This document shows positions 38,138-47,355 of a stretch of DNA of 64,000 bases, one piece after another. Origin of the DNA: Dehalococcoidia bacterium. Lineage in GTDB: Bacteria > Chloroflexota > Dehalococcoidia > SM23-28-2 > RBG-16-64-32. The stretch covers positions 4,674-68,673 of the forward strand of contig DATKDX010000047.1 in assembly GCA_035512435.1 (NCBI GenBank), written 5' to 3'. Made by a program: the position numbers and the translations under genes. Under the pieces are notes generated by a model. It worked only from the letters and a program-made list of their open reading frames with translations. It was not told where the DNA came from and did no database searches. How positions within the stretch are numbered: the stretch's first letter is position 1; every line of letters starts with the position of its first letter.

Positions 38138-39247
38138 ATGTCCCTCCCCTTCCAGCCTCCCCTCGCCCCCATGCTCGCTCGCTCCGCAGAGAAGCTGCCG
38201 GAGGGCGAGGGCTGGCTCTTCGAGCCGAAGTGGGACGGCTTCCGCACGATCGTCTTCCGCGACGGCGCCGAGCTCACGCTGCAGTCGCGCGACAAGCGCC
38301 CGATGAACCGCTACTTCCCCGAGCTCGAGGCGCCGCTCCTGGACGCCCTGCCGGACCAATGCGTCCTAGACGGCGAGATTGTCATCGTCGGCGAGGCGGG
38401 GCTGGATTTCGAGGCGCTTCTGCTGCGCATCCACCCCGCGGAGTCGCGCGTTCGCATGCTGGCCGAGCAGTCGCCGGCGTCGTTTGTTGCCTGGGACGTG
38501 CTCGCCCTCGGCGGTGAGGATATGCGGGAGACGCCGCTGGCGGAGCGCCGCAAACGCCTCGAGAAGTTGCTCGCCAAAGCGAAGCCGCCGGTCCACCTTT
38601 CGCCTGCGACGCTGGACCGCGAGCTGGCCGAGGACTGGTTCCGCCGCTTCGAGGGTGCGGGCCTCGACGGGGTCATGGCCAAGCGGCTCGACGAACCGTA
38701 TCGCCCGGGCGAGCGGACGATGATCAAGGTGAAGCATCGCCGCACGGCAGACTGCGTCGTCGCCGGCTTCCGCTGGCACAAGAACGGCAAGGGCACGATG
38801 ATCGGCTCGCTGCTGCTCGGCCTCTACGACGACGCGGGCGCGCTCCAGCACGTCGGCGTGACCGCTGCGTTCACGACGGCGGTCCGAAAGCAGCTCGTGG
38901 AGGATCTGGCGCCGCTGCGGGAGAACGCTCTGGAAGGTCACCCGTGGCATGACTGGGCGGAGGCGCACGACGAAGCGGCCGCTGCTGGCCAGCGGCTGCC
39001 GGGCGCGAGCAGCCGCTGGAACCGCGGGAAGGATCTGAGCTGGGAGCCCCTGCGCCCCGAACGGGTCTGCGAGGTCGCGTACGACCATATGCAGGGGACG
39101 CGCTTCCGTCATGCCGCGCAGTTCGTGCGCTGGCGGCCGGACAAGCCGCCCGAAGCCTGCACCTACGACCAGCTCGAGGTGACGCCGCCCTACGAGCTAG
39201 AGCGCGTCTTCGGCGGCTCGCCCTCAATACCTTCGAAGGGATCGTAA
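38138..39247 (+). CDS. ATP-dependent DNA ligase (stand-alone LigD-type ligase domain, NHEJ/repair)
   Basis: Motif I EPKWDGFR (KxDG), adenylation and OB domains, 369 aa. Confidence 0.85.
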   Translation: MSLPFQPPLAPMLARSAEKLPEGEGWLFEPKWDGFRTIVFRDGAELTLQSRDKRPMNRYFPELEAPLLDALPDQCVLDGEIVIVGEAGLDFEALLLRIHPAESRVRMLAEQSPASFVAWDVLALGGEDMRETPLAERRKRLEKLLAKAKPPVHLSPATLDRELAEDWFRRFEGAGLDGVMAKRLDEPYRPGERTMIKVKHRRTADCVVAGFRWHKNGKGTMIGSLLLGLYDDAGALQHVGVTAAFTTAVRKQLVEDLAPLRENALEGHPWHDWAEAHDEAAAAGQRLPGASSRWNRGKDLSWEPLRPERVCEVAYDHMQGTRFRHAAQFVRWRPDKPPEACTYDQLEVTPPYELERVFGGSPSIPSKGS

Positions 39248-40503
39248 TCCGGGTCCGGCGGTTCTTCCCGCGGGCGGTCCGCCTCGGGGACGTGGCGGAG
39301 GTTGACGCGGATGCGCGTCCAGGTGGTGAAGCGGCCGCGCATGGCGTCGACGAGGATGTCGTCGACGGCGAGGTGCTTGGCGGCCTTCGGATAGCGCTTC
39401 TTCCAGCGTTCGAGGCCGGCACGTGCCTTGGCTTCGTCTTCAGCCTTTGCGATTGTGATTAGCGGGTGCTTCGGCACACGGCGGCCGGTGCCCTTCGTCG
39501 CGGCCTTCCGCGCTTTGGAGGGCTGGACACGCGGCGGCTCGCCTTCCTGCTTCTGGTAGTGCGGTGGCCAGGGGGCGTCGCCAAGGCCGGCCGCCTCTTG
39601 CTCCTTCGACAGCTCAAGCAGGCCGTCGAGCGAACCGGCGGCCTCATCGATGCCGTCCGAGGCGTCACCGCGCTCCGCGAAGCGCTTCGGGGCCGTGACG
39701 AGCGTGAACTCGGCGGGGTCACAGTCGGGGACTTCGTCCCATGTCAGCGGCATCGAGACGCGGGCATCGGGGGTCGGCCGCACTGACCAGGCGGAGGCGA
39801 CGGTGCGGTCTTTGGCGTTCTGGTTGTAGTCGATGAAGACGCCGTGGCGCTCCTCTTTCCACCAGGCGCTAGTGGCGAGGTCCGGGACACGACGCTCGAC
39901 CTCGCGGGCGAGGGCGAGGGCGGCGCGGCGGACCTCGTCGAAGCCCCAGCGGCGCTCGATGCGAACGTTGACGTGAATACCGCGCGAGCCGGAGGTCTTC
40001 GGCCAGCCGGTGAGGCCGTAGTCGCCGAGGACATCGCGGGCGACGAGGGCGACCCGGCGGATGTCGTCCCACTCGACGCCGGGGCCGGGGTCGAGGTCGA
40101 CGCGGAGCTCGTCGGGGTGGTCGAGGTCATCGGCGCGGACGGGGTGGGGATTGAGGTCGATGCAGCCGAGGTTAATCGTCCACAGCAACTGGGCGGCGTC
40201 GCGGACGACTACCTCCCGGGCGGTGCGGCCGGAGGGGAAGGCGAGCTCGACGGTCTCGATCCAGTCAGGATGGGACTCGGGGGCGCGCTTCTGGAAGAAG
40301 GGTTTCTCCTCCGCGCCGTTGACGTAGCGCTTGAGGACGACTGGTCGCCCGCCGATGCCCCTCAGCGCGCCATCGGCGACGGCGAGGTAGTACTGAACGA
40401 GGTCGAGCTTGGTGTGGCCGGCCTTCGGGAAGAAGACCTTATCGGGGTTGGTGACGGTGACCTCGCGGCCGGCGGCCTCGATGAGGACCTGCTTCTTCGG
40501 CAT
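39190..40503 (-). CDS. LigD-type polymerase/primase domain protein (NHEJ PolDom) with C-terminal basic extension
   Basis: VTNPDKVFFPKAGHTKLDLVQYY, PVVLKRYVNGAEEKPFFQKR, LRVDLDPGPGVEW, GWPKTSGSRGIHV are archaeo-eukaryotic-primase-like LigD polymerase motifs. 3' end overlaps the ligase 3' end by 58 bp (convergent). Confidence 0.75.
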   Translation of the reverse strand: MPKKQVLIEAAGREVTVTNPDKVFFPKAGHTKLDLVQYYLAVADGALRGIGGRPVVLKRYVNGAEEKPFFQKRAPESHPDWIETVELAFPSGRTAREVVVRDAAQLLWTINLGCIDLNPHPVRADDLDHPDELRVDLDPGPGVEWDDIRRVALVARDVLGDYGLTGWPKTSGSRGIHVNVRIERRWGFDEVRRAALALAREVERRVPDLATSAWWKEERHGVFIDYNQNAKDRTVASAWSVRPTPDARVSMPLTWDEVPDCDPAEFTLVTAPKRFAERGDASDGIDEAAGSLDGLLELSKEQEAAGLGDAPWPPHYQKQEGEPPRVQPSKARKAATKGTGRRVPKHPLITIAKAEDEAKARAGLERWKKRYPKAAKHLAVDDILVDAMRGRFTTWTRIRVNLRHVPEADRPREEPPDPDYDPFEGIEGEPPKTRSSS

Positions 40504-40887
40504 GGGCCCAGTGTTCCGCTACTGACGGAGGGCGTCAAGCTGAGGCAGCCGCCTCCCGCATGAGGGCCGCGTTCACCGCCGAAACGATCGATTCGATCAA
40601 TGCGATTTTGTACCTGGTGGTTTGATGGATTTCGGGGGACCGTGTCCGGGGATTGATCGTTCCGACGCTGGGAAAAAATTTAAGGGGAGAATTGTATCTG
40701 CGAAGGCCGAAAATCGTTTGATGGAATCGAAGACCGAGCCTTCGCGGGTCGAAACGAATTCTGACGGGGTTGGCGGAGAAAAGGATGCATGAACATGGTC
40801 CGAGGATAGCCGATAACGCGGCGATCTCCGAGGGGTAAATGGCGCTGGGTGCGGCGGCTTCGGGCGCGCTCCACGTACGCCCCGGCC

Positions 40888-43332
40888 TCAGATAACCGAG
40901 ATGGGGTCTACGTCTACGGTCCAGCCACGCGGCAGCGGTTCGTCGCCGAGGAGGGCGGCGGGGTCATCACCGCGGATCAGCACGTTCCAGCGCCAGCGGC
41001 CGCGGATGCGGGAGACGTAGGCGGGGGAGGGGCCGAGGACGTCGACGTTGGGGAGGCCGAGGCGGGCGGCTTCGGCGCGGAGGCGGGAGGTCATCTCGAA
41101 GGCCTGGCGCTGGGCGTAGTCAGCGCCGGTGTGGGCGTAGGTCAGGCGGACCAGGCGGCCGAAGGGCGGGTAGCCCATGCGCTGGCGGTTCTCGATCTCG
41201 GCGGTGTAGATGGCGTGGTAGTCGTGGCGGGCCATCGCTTCGATAGCGAAGTGGTCGGGGGTGTAGGTCTGGACGACGACGCGCCCGCCCTTCTCGCCGC
41301 GACCGGCGCGCCCGGCGACCTGCTCCAGCAGCTGGAAGGTGCGCTCACCGGCGCGGAAGTCGGGGAGGTGGAGGGCGATGTCAGCGGAAATGACGCCGAC
41401 GAGGGTGACAAGCGGGATGTCGAGCCCCTTGGCGATCATCTGGGTGCCGACGAGGATGTCGGCCTCGTGGGCCAGGAACTTCGCCAGGATCGCCTCGTGC
41501 TGGTCGCGACCTCTCGTCACATCGCGGTCCCAGCGCAGCGTCCGCGCACCCGGGAACTCGTTGCGGGCCGCTTCTTCGACGCGCTCGGTGCCGATGCCGA
41601 CCTGGCGAAGGCGCTTGCCGCCGCACTCGGGGCAGGTCGCGGGAAGCGAGTAGCGGCGGTGGCAGTAGTGGCAAACGAGCCGGTCGACGGTGTCATGGTA
41701 GGTGAGAGCGACGGCGCAGGACTTGCACTCCGGCACGTAGCCGCAGTCCCGGCACTGGACGAAGGAGGCGCTGCCCCGGCGGTTGAGGAAGAGCATGACC
41801 TGCTCGCGGGAGTCGAGGGCGGCGCGGATAGAGCGCGAGAGCGAACGGCTGAAGATGCTGCGGTTGCCAGCTTTCAGCTCTTCGCGCAGGTCAACGATCT
41901 CGACTTCCGGCAGCGGCGCAGGCACGATCGCGCCGTCCTGCCGGATCAGGCGCTGCGGCAACTCCAGCAAGCGATGCGCTTTCGCCGACGCGCGAAAGTG
42001 GCTCTCGACGTCCGGCGTCGCTGAGCCGAGGACGAGGACGGCGCCGGTGCGGCGGCAGAGCTCCTCGGCGGCTTTCCGGGCGTGGTATCGGGGGGAGCCT
42101 TCCTGCTGCTTGTACGTCCACTCGTGCTCCTCGTCGATGATGACGAGGCCGAGGTCCGGCTGAGGGGCGAAGAGGGCTCCGCGCGGGCCGATGACGACGC
42201 GGTAGTTGCCGTCGCGGACGGTGTGCCACATGTCGAAGTGCTCGCCCAGTGACAGCTCGCTGTGCATGACGGCGACCTCGCCGGGGAATCGCTCCCCGAA
42301 GCGGCGGACGGTCTGCGGGGTGAGCGAGATCTCGGGGACGAGGGCGACGGCGCGCTTGCCGAGCGACGCGGCGTGGTCGATCGCCGCCAGGTAGACCTCG
42401 GTCTTGCCGGAGCCGGTGACGCCGTGGAGGAGGAACGACCGGTGGGCGCCAGAGTCTAGGGCAGCGATGATCTCGCTCGCGGCGGCCTGCTGGTCCGGTG
42501 TCAGGTCAGCGGGCGGCTTCGGCGCGTAGACGCGGCCGGCGAGCGGGTCGCGGACGACGGAGACGTCTTCGACGGTGGCGATGGCTTCGGCCTCGAAGTC
42601 GCGTAGGGTAGCGGGCGTAAGGCCGATGGCGCGGGCGCGGCTAAGGGGGAGCGCGCCTTCTTCGGCGAGGGCGTCGAGGAAGACGGCGCGCTTGAGGGCC
42701 TTCGCTGAGCCGTCGGCGCGGAGGGCGTCGGCGCGGGCGCGGGCGTCGTCTTCGGGGATGCGGAGGGTGAGCTGGGAAACGGTCTTTGCCTGGACGGCGG
42801 GGCGGGCGAGGCGGTAGCTGCGGGCGAGTACGCCGAGCTTGGTGAGCGCGCCGATGGCGCGAGCGGCGCCACGGACGGACTTGAGGGAGCGCTTCAACTC
42901 CTCGAGTTCGGCTTCGGGGCGGTCCTGGAGGGCGTCGAGGACGGCGCGTTCGGCGTCGGTCAGGTCGTGCGTGGCATCGCCGGCCCAGAAGGCGGGGCGC
43001 ACCAAAGTCTGGGGCTTGCGCTTGAAGCCGGGCGGGAGCATGAGGGAGACGCAGTCGAAGAGGGGGGCGAGGTAGTAGCCGCTGAGCCAGAGGGCGAGGG
43101 CGACGCGCTCGGGCGAGAGGAGAGGGCGCTCGTCGATGATGTCTTCGATGTCGCGGGCGTCCTGGTAGCGGGGCTCCTCGGTGACTTCGCAGACGATGCC
43201 CTGGAGCGTGCGGGCGCCGAAGGGGACGTAGACTGCCTGGCCGACGGCGACGTTAAGGCCATCGGGGACGCGGTAGGTGAAGGTCTGGCGGATGGGTGCA
43301 GCTGCGTTGACGGCTACCTCGGCGTAGGGCAT
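40888..43332 (-). CDS. priA: Primosomal protein N' (PriA replication-restart helicase)
   Basis: Walker A GVTGSGKTEVY, DEEHEW, Cys-rich zinc region CRDCGYVPECKSCAVALTYHDTVDRLVCHYCHRRYSLPATCPECGG. Start set at MPYAEVAV. Confidence 0.9.
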   Translation of the reverse strand: MPYAEVAVNAAAPIRQTFTYRVPDGLNVAVGQAVYVPFGARTLQGIVCEVTEEPRYQDARDIEDIIDERPLLSPERVALALWLSGYYLAPLFDCVSLMLPPGFKRKPQTLVRPAFWAGDATHDLTDAERAVLDALQDRPEAELEELKRSLKSVRGAARAIGALTKLGVLARSYRLARPAVQAKTVSQLTLRIPEDDARARADALRADGSAKALKRAVFLDALAEEGALPLSRARAIGLTPATLRDFEAEAIATVEDVSVVRDPLAGRVYAPKPPADLTPDQQAAASEIIAALDSGAHRSFLLHGVTGSGKTEVYLAAIDHAASLGKRAVALVPEISLTPQTVRRFGERFPGEVAVMHSELSLGEHFDMWHTVRDGNYRVVIGPRGALFAPQPDLGLVIIDEEHEWTYKQQEGSPRYHARKAAEELCRRTGAVLVLGSATPDVESHFRASAKAHRLLELPQRLIRQDGAIVPAPLPEVEIVDLREELKAGNRSIFSRSLSRSIRAALDSREQVMLFLNRRGSASFVQCRDCGYVPECKSCAVALTYHDTVDRLVCHYCHRRYSLPATCPECGGKRLRQVGIGTERVEEAARNEFPGARTLRWDRDVTRGRDQHEAILAKFLAHEADILVGTQMIAKGLDIPLVTLVGVISADIALHLPDFRAGERTFQLLEQVAGRAGRGEKGGRVVVQTYTPDHFAIEAMARHDYHAIYTAEIENRQRMGYPPFGRLVRLTYAHTGADYAQRQAFEMTSRLRAEAARLGLPNVDVLGPSPAYVSRIRGRWRWNVLIRGDDPAALLGDEPLPRGWTVDVDPISVI

Positions 43333-43723
43333 GGGGCCAGTATAGGAAGGGCGGGCGCAGGGGCGATAGAGATTCGTGGCCCAAGAAGAAGCCCGCCTAC
43401 GGCGGGCAATACGCATGAATCGAAGGCCGCGTACTCGCGCTCTAGCGCTTGCGACGTTGTCGGAGCATAGCAATCCGCCACTGCGCGGCACTGGATAGAA
43501 GTCCCGCCCCGAGACCGATTGGCAACCCAACATAGAGCGCCTCAGAAACACTGCCGCCATCCGAGATGAAGATCACGGGACCAGCGATTGCAGAGCCGAT
43601 AACGACGAAAAGAGTAACTGGCAAGTGCTCACCCGAAAACAATCGGCGCCTCTCAGTCCAATATATTTAGGTCACGATTGTAGCACCGTCGAACAGACTG
43701 ACTCCCACAGCGGGGGCGAAGCG

Positions 43724-43786
43724 CTACTTGCGTTCTTCGATGGCTTCGCCGGGCTCTTCGCCGGATTCGGATTCGATGAACTGCTC
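43724..43786 (-). repeat. 63-bp degenerate duplicate of the rplS 3' end (3 mismatches vs 44901..44963)
   Basis: ctacttgcgYtcttcgatggcttcgccgggctcttcgccggattcggattcgatgaRctgYtc present at both loci. The copy here terminates a short ORF ending ...[19 protein letters not shown]. Confidence 0.8.
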
Positions 43787-44400
43787 CGTAGGTGCGGCGT
43801 CAATGTGCTGTTGCTCCGCTATAGAAGACGCCGGTTGGGTGCGGGTATTGCGGTCGGCGGCAGGTCCCGTAGCTTTCGCGGGGACCCGATTCACCGCGTC
43901 GTGTGTGCTACTTTGGAAGGCTCCCAACAATGAAAGCGAGACCACTAGCCGCGATGACTGCTCCGATCAGCCACGACATGGTTCTGGTGCCATCGAGCGT
44001 TGGTTGGAACATACGGCGATCGACCCACGCGAAGCGACCCTCCCGCCTTGGCCGATGCGCAAACCGATGGCCAGCGTTGTGCGAGTTCCTCGCGCGTTGC
44101 GGCAAAATAGACTCCGCCAGCGAAGAGAATAATCCCCAAGATGAGGCCACTAGCGTCCATCGCGTGGATGTTCACTCCTTTCCGTCGGTCCAAAGAGCGG
44201 CGAATTGACGCCATCGTCAACTGTCAGGCTCATCCTCAAACCGTCTCCGTGATATAGAGACGTGTAGGTTAGGTCACGTGATACAAGGCCGGGACTACGA
44301 TAAAAGGGCGACACGCTGGTCAGGGCTGAAGCCTGACCACGCGAAAATGTTGGCGGGGTTCAGCGCCCCAGGGGCCTGGCAATCGCAATTCGCGATTGCC

Positions 44401-44727
44401 CTAACTGGCCAGTCTTCCTATCCCTGCAACCATCGCGAACAATCCGAATAGAAGTCCGAACGCCCCGAGAAACCGGATTAGCCAAAGAACCCCGGGAAAC
44501 GCGGATGGGTCCCTTGCTGACGACGCGGCGAACTCATCGGGTGGTACGCCAGTGAAGGCGCGTTGGAACCACCCGAACGGTGTCCGCGAGAATACCTTCG
44601 TATAGGCGCTGTCTTTGCCGTAGATTCGGATGCTGAGATTAGCAGTTGTGCTCAGAACCCATGCGGGCCTCAGAAGAAGAGTCGCGCCAAGCACCGCCCA
44701 AAAGATCCCGCCACTTAAGATGAACAC
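44401..44727 (-). CDS. Hypothetical small membrane protein within the segment between the two rplS-tail repeats
   Basis: 108 aa, two or three hydrophobic helices. No homology evidence. Confidence 0.3.
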   Translation of the reverse strand: MFILSGGIFWAVLGATLLLRPAWVLSTTANLSIRIYGKDSAYTKVFSRTPFGWFQRAFTGVPPDEFAASSARDPSAFPGVLWLIRFLGAFGLLFGLFAMVAGIGRLAS

Positions 44728-44900
44728 TAGTAGAGCTCAGACCTCCTAGCAGCCAGTCGAACGAATCAGTCGGACAACGAACCGCATTAAGGCTAATTCT
44801 ACCGCTTCGGGGACAGGAAGCGACGAGACCCCCCTATGTAAGCAGGGCCGAGGTGACGCGGAACTTCGAAGACTAAGAGCCTGACCCCGAGGGTGTGAAG

Positions 44901-45629
44901 CTACTTGCGCTCTTCGATGGCTTCGCCGGGCTCTTCGCCGGATTCGGATTCGATGAGCTGTTCGACCTTCTCTTCTTCGGGGGTCTCGGGCTCTTCGACG
45001 ATGCCTTCGCCGTCGTCGGCGGGGGGTTCTTCGGCGGCGGGCTGGGGGGCGGCCTCGGTTTCTTCGGGCTCGGCGGCGGCTTCGGGGGCGGGTTCTTCGG
45101 CGGGGGCCTCGGTGGCTTCGGCTGCGGGGGCCTCTTCCTCGGCCTGGGCTTCGATCTCGGCTGTTTCTTCGGTCGTCTCGGTCTCGGCGGTTTCGTCTAG
45201 CTCTTCGATTGTCTCTTCTTCGTCGGCCTCGGCAGGCTCGACGTAGGAGACACCGGCGGCTAGCTGGGCGGCGAGGGATTCGAAGCGCTCGCGCTCGCCG
45301 GCGCGGATGCGTGCGGCCTTGCCGACGCGGTCGCGCAGGTAGTAGAGGCGGGAGCGGCGGACCTTGCCGACGCGGGCGACCTCGACTTTGTCAATGAGCG
45401 GGGAGTGGTAGGGGAAGACGCGCTCGACGCCGACACCGTTGGTGACTCGGCGGACGGTGAAGTTGCTGTTGATGCCGCCGCGGCGGATGCGGATGACGAC
45501 GCCCTCGAAGACCTGGATGCGGCGCCGCTGTCCTTCGACGACGATGGCGTGCACGCGCACGGTGTCCCCTGTGCGGAAGGAGGGGATGTTGCGGTTAGGC
45601 TTGAGTTCTACGTATGCGTTAGCGTCCAT
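44901..45629 (-). CDS. rplS: 50S ribosomal protein L19 with ~125-aa acidic Glu/Ala/Pro/Thr-rich C-terminal extension
   Basis: [99 protein letters not shown] is the canonical L19 core, followed by (E/T/A/P)-rich low complexity to 243 aa. Confidence 0.85.
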   Translation of the reverse strand: MDANAYVELKPNRNIPSFRTGDTVRVHAIVVEGQRRRIQVFEGVVIRIRRGGINSNFTVRRVTNGVGVERVFPYHSPLIDKVEVARVGKVRRSRLYYLRDRVGKAARIRAGERERFESLAAQLAAGVSYVEPAEADEEETIEELDETAETETTEETAEIEAQAEEEAPAAEATEAPAEEPAPEAAAEPEETEAAPQPAAEEPPADDGEGIVEEPETPEEEKVEQLIESESGEEPGEAIEERK

Positions 45630-45864
45630 GGGCAACATTCGGAGTGTACCTGCGGGGAGGGGTTAGGGCAATGGCTGGTGCGAGTGATTAGGTGCCAGGT
45701 GCGAGTGTGATTGGTGATTAGTGATTGGTGATTAGTCGCCGCGGATGCCCGCGGGACACGAGTCGCGATTCACCACTCACAATTCATATCCGCGCCGCGG
45801 GAGGAGGGCTGAAGCCCCTCGGGGCTACGGCGAAGGCGGAGCGCATGGGACGCTGTGACTGAGT

Positions 45865-46083
45865 GGGAGGTTGGTTGCAGGTCCTCGCCTTCGCTGCGGC
45901 GAGATCCCCTTCGACTGCGGCTGGCGCCGCGCTCAGGGCAGGCTTTGGCTGCAGCCTCAGGAAGTGATGGCGTCGTTCATCGGCGGGAGGGTGGTTGCAG
46001 GTCCTCGCCTTCGCTGCGGCGAGGTCCCCTTCGACTGCGGCTGGCGCCGCGCTCAGGGCAAGCTTTGGCTGCGGCCTCAGGAA
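45865..46083. repeat. Tandem direct repeat, 120-bp period, ~1.8 copies, between rplS and trmD
   Basis: gggaggKtggttgcaggtcctcgccttcgctgcggcgagRtccccttcgactgcggctggcgccgcgctcagggcaRgctttggctgcRgcctcaggaa repeated at 45865 and 45985. Each copy contains the hairpin ctcgcc-ttcgctgcg-ggcgag. Confidence 0.8.
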
Positions 46084-46823
46084 ATGTCGAATGAGCCGCC
46101 GAGTTGGTCGGCTAGCCACTCTTTGTCGTCATTACTTATAGAGATGCGCTCGAGGAGGTCGGGGCGGCGGCGGGCGCTGAGGAGGAGGTTTTGGCGGCGG
46201 CGCCACTTTTCGACTTCGGCGTGGTGGCCGGAGAGGAGGATGTCGGGGACGGACCAGCCGCGGAAGTCGGGGGGGCGAGTGTAGTGGGGCGCTTCGAGGA
46301 TGCCTTCCGAGAACGACTCCTGCTCGGCGGACTGGGGGGAGCCGAGGGCGCCGGGGACCTGGCGGATGACGGCGTCGACGACGACCATGGCGGGGATCTC
46401 GCCGCCGGAGAGGACGTAGTCGCCGATGCTGACCTCGTGGGTGGCGAGGTGTTCGTGCACGCGGGCGTCGAAACCTTCGTAGTGGCCGCAGAGGATGACG
46501 AGGCGCTCTTCTTTCGCGAGTTCGAGGGCGAGGTCGTGGCCGAAGGGCCGGCCGATGGGGGTCATGAGGATGATGGGGCCGCGCTCCGGCGCCATTTCGA
46601 GGACGGCTTCGGTGGCGGCGAAGACTGGCTCCGGCTTCAGCACCATTCCGGGGCCTCCGCCGTAGGGGGAGTCGTCGGCGACGGAGTGCTTGCCCTCAGC
46701 CCAGTCGCGGATGTCGTGGAGGTGGATGGAGGCTAGGCCGGCGTCGAGGGCGCGCTTGATGATGGACTCATCGAAGGGGCCGCGGAACATGCCGGGGAAG
46801 AGGGTGAGGATGTCGATGCGCAT
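46077..46823 (-). CDS. trmD: tRNA (guanine37-N1)-methyltransferase
   Basis: MRIDILTLFPGMF...GYEGFDARVHEHLATHEVSIGDYVLSGGE, 248 aa. Confidence 0.9.
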   Translation of the reverse strand: MRIDILTLFPGMFRGPFDESIIKRALDAGLASIHLHDIRDWAEGKHSVADDSPYGGGPGMVLKPEPVFAATEAVLEMAPERGPIILMTPIGRPFGHDLALELAKEERLVILCGHYEGFDARVHEHLATHEVSIGDYVLSGGEIPAMVVVDAVIRQVPGALGSPQSAEQESFSEGILEAPHYTRPPDFRGWSVPDILLSGHHAEVEKWRRRQNLLLSARRRPDLLERISISNDDKEWLADQLGGSFDIS

Positions 46824-46866
46824 GGCTTAGCCGCGAAGTCTCCCCATTTCGTCCCACATGGCGGCG

Positions 46867-47355
46867 CTAGCCGTGGTCGCTGTACTCGCCGGAGAGGAGC
46901 TCGACGGCGTGCTGGAGGACGGGAAGGACGACGGTGAGGTTTTCGCGGACGCCCTTGGGGTTGCCGGGGAGGTTGACGATGATCGTCTTGCCGCGGACGC
47001 CGACGACGGCGCGGGAGATCATGGCCATAGGGGTGTGTTTGAGGCCTTCGGCGCGCATGGCCTCGGCGATGCCGGGGATCTCGTAGTCGAGGACGGCCTG
47101 GGTGGCCTGGGGGGTGAAGTCGCGGAGGCCGAGGCCGGTGCCGCCGGTGGTGACGATGAGCTGCACCTTGCCGCCGTCGGCCCAGCGGCAGAGGTGGTCG
47201 GCGATGCGCTCAGCGTCGTCAGGGATGACTTCGTAGCGGACGATTTCGGCGCCGAGAGAGGCGAGCAGCTCCTGGATTATGGCGCCGGAGGTGTCATCGC
47301 GTTCACCGCGGGCACCCTGGTCGGAGGTAGTGAGGACGGCGGCGCAGATAGTCAT
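46867..47355 (-). CDS. mogA: Molybdenum cofactor biosynthesis protein MogA/MoaB family
   Basis: LTTSDQGARGERDDTSG...LIVTTGGTGLGLRDFTPQA...NLPGNPKG. Confidence 0.8.
   Translation of the reverse strand: MTICAAVLTTSDQGARGERDDTSGAIIQELLASLGAEIVRYEVIPDDAERIADHLCRWADGGKVQLIVTTGGTGLGLRDFTPQATQAVLDYEIPGIAEAMRAEGLKHTPMAMISRAVVGVRGKTIIVNLPGNPKGVRENLTVVLPVLQHAVELLSGEYSDHG

Noticed and set aside
39459-40563. Several + strand ORFs (39844..40563, 39466..39786) inside the LigD-polymerase gene
   Set aside because: The minus-strand frame carries the conserved LigD-polymerase-domain motifs; the + frames are GC-driven.
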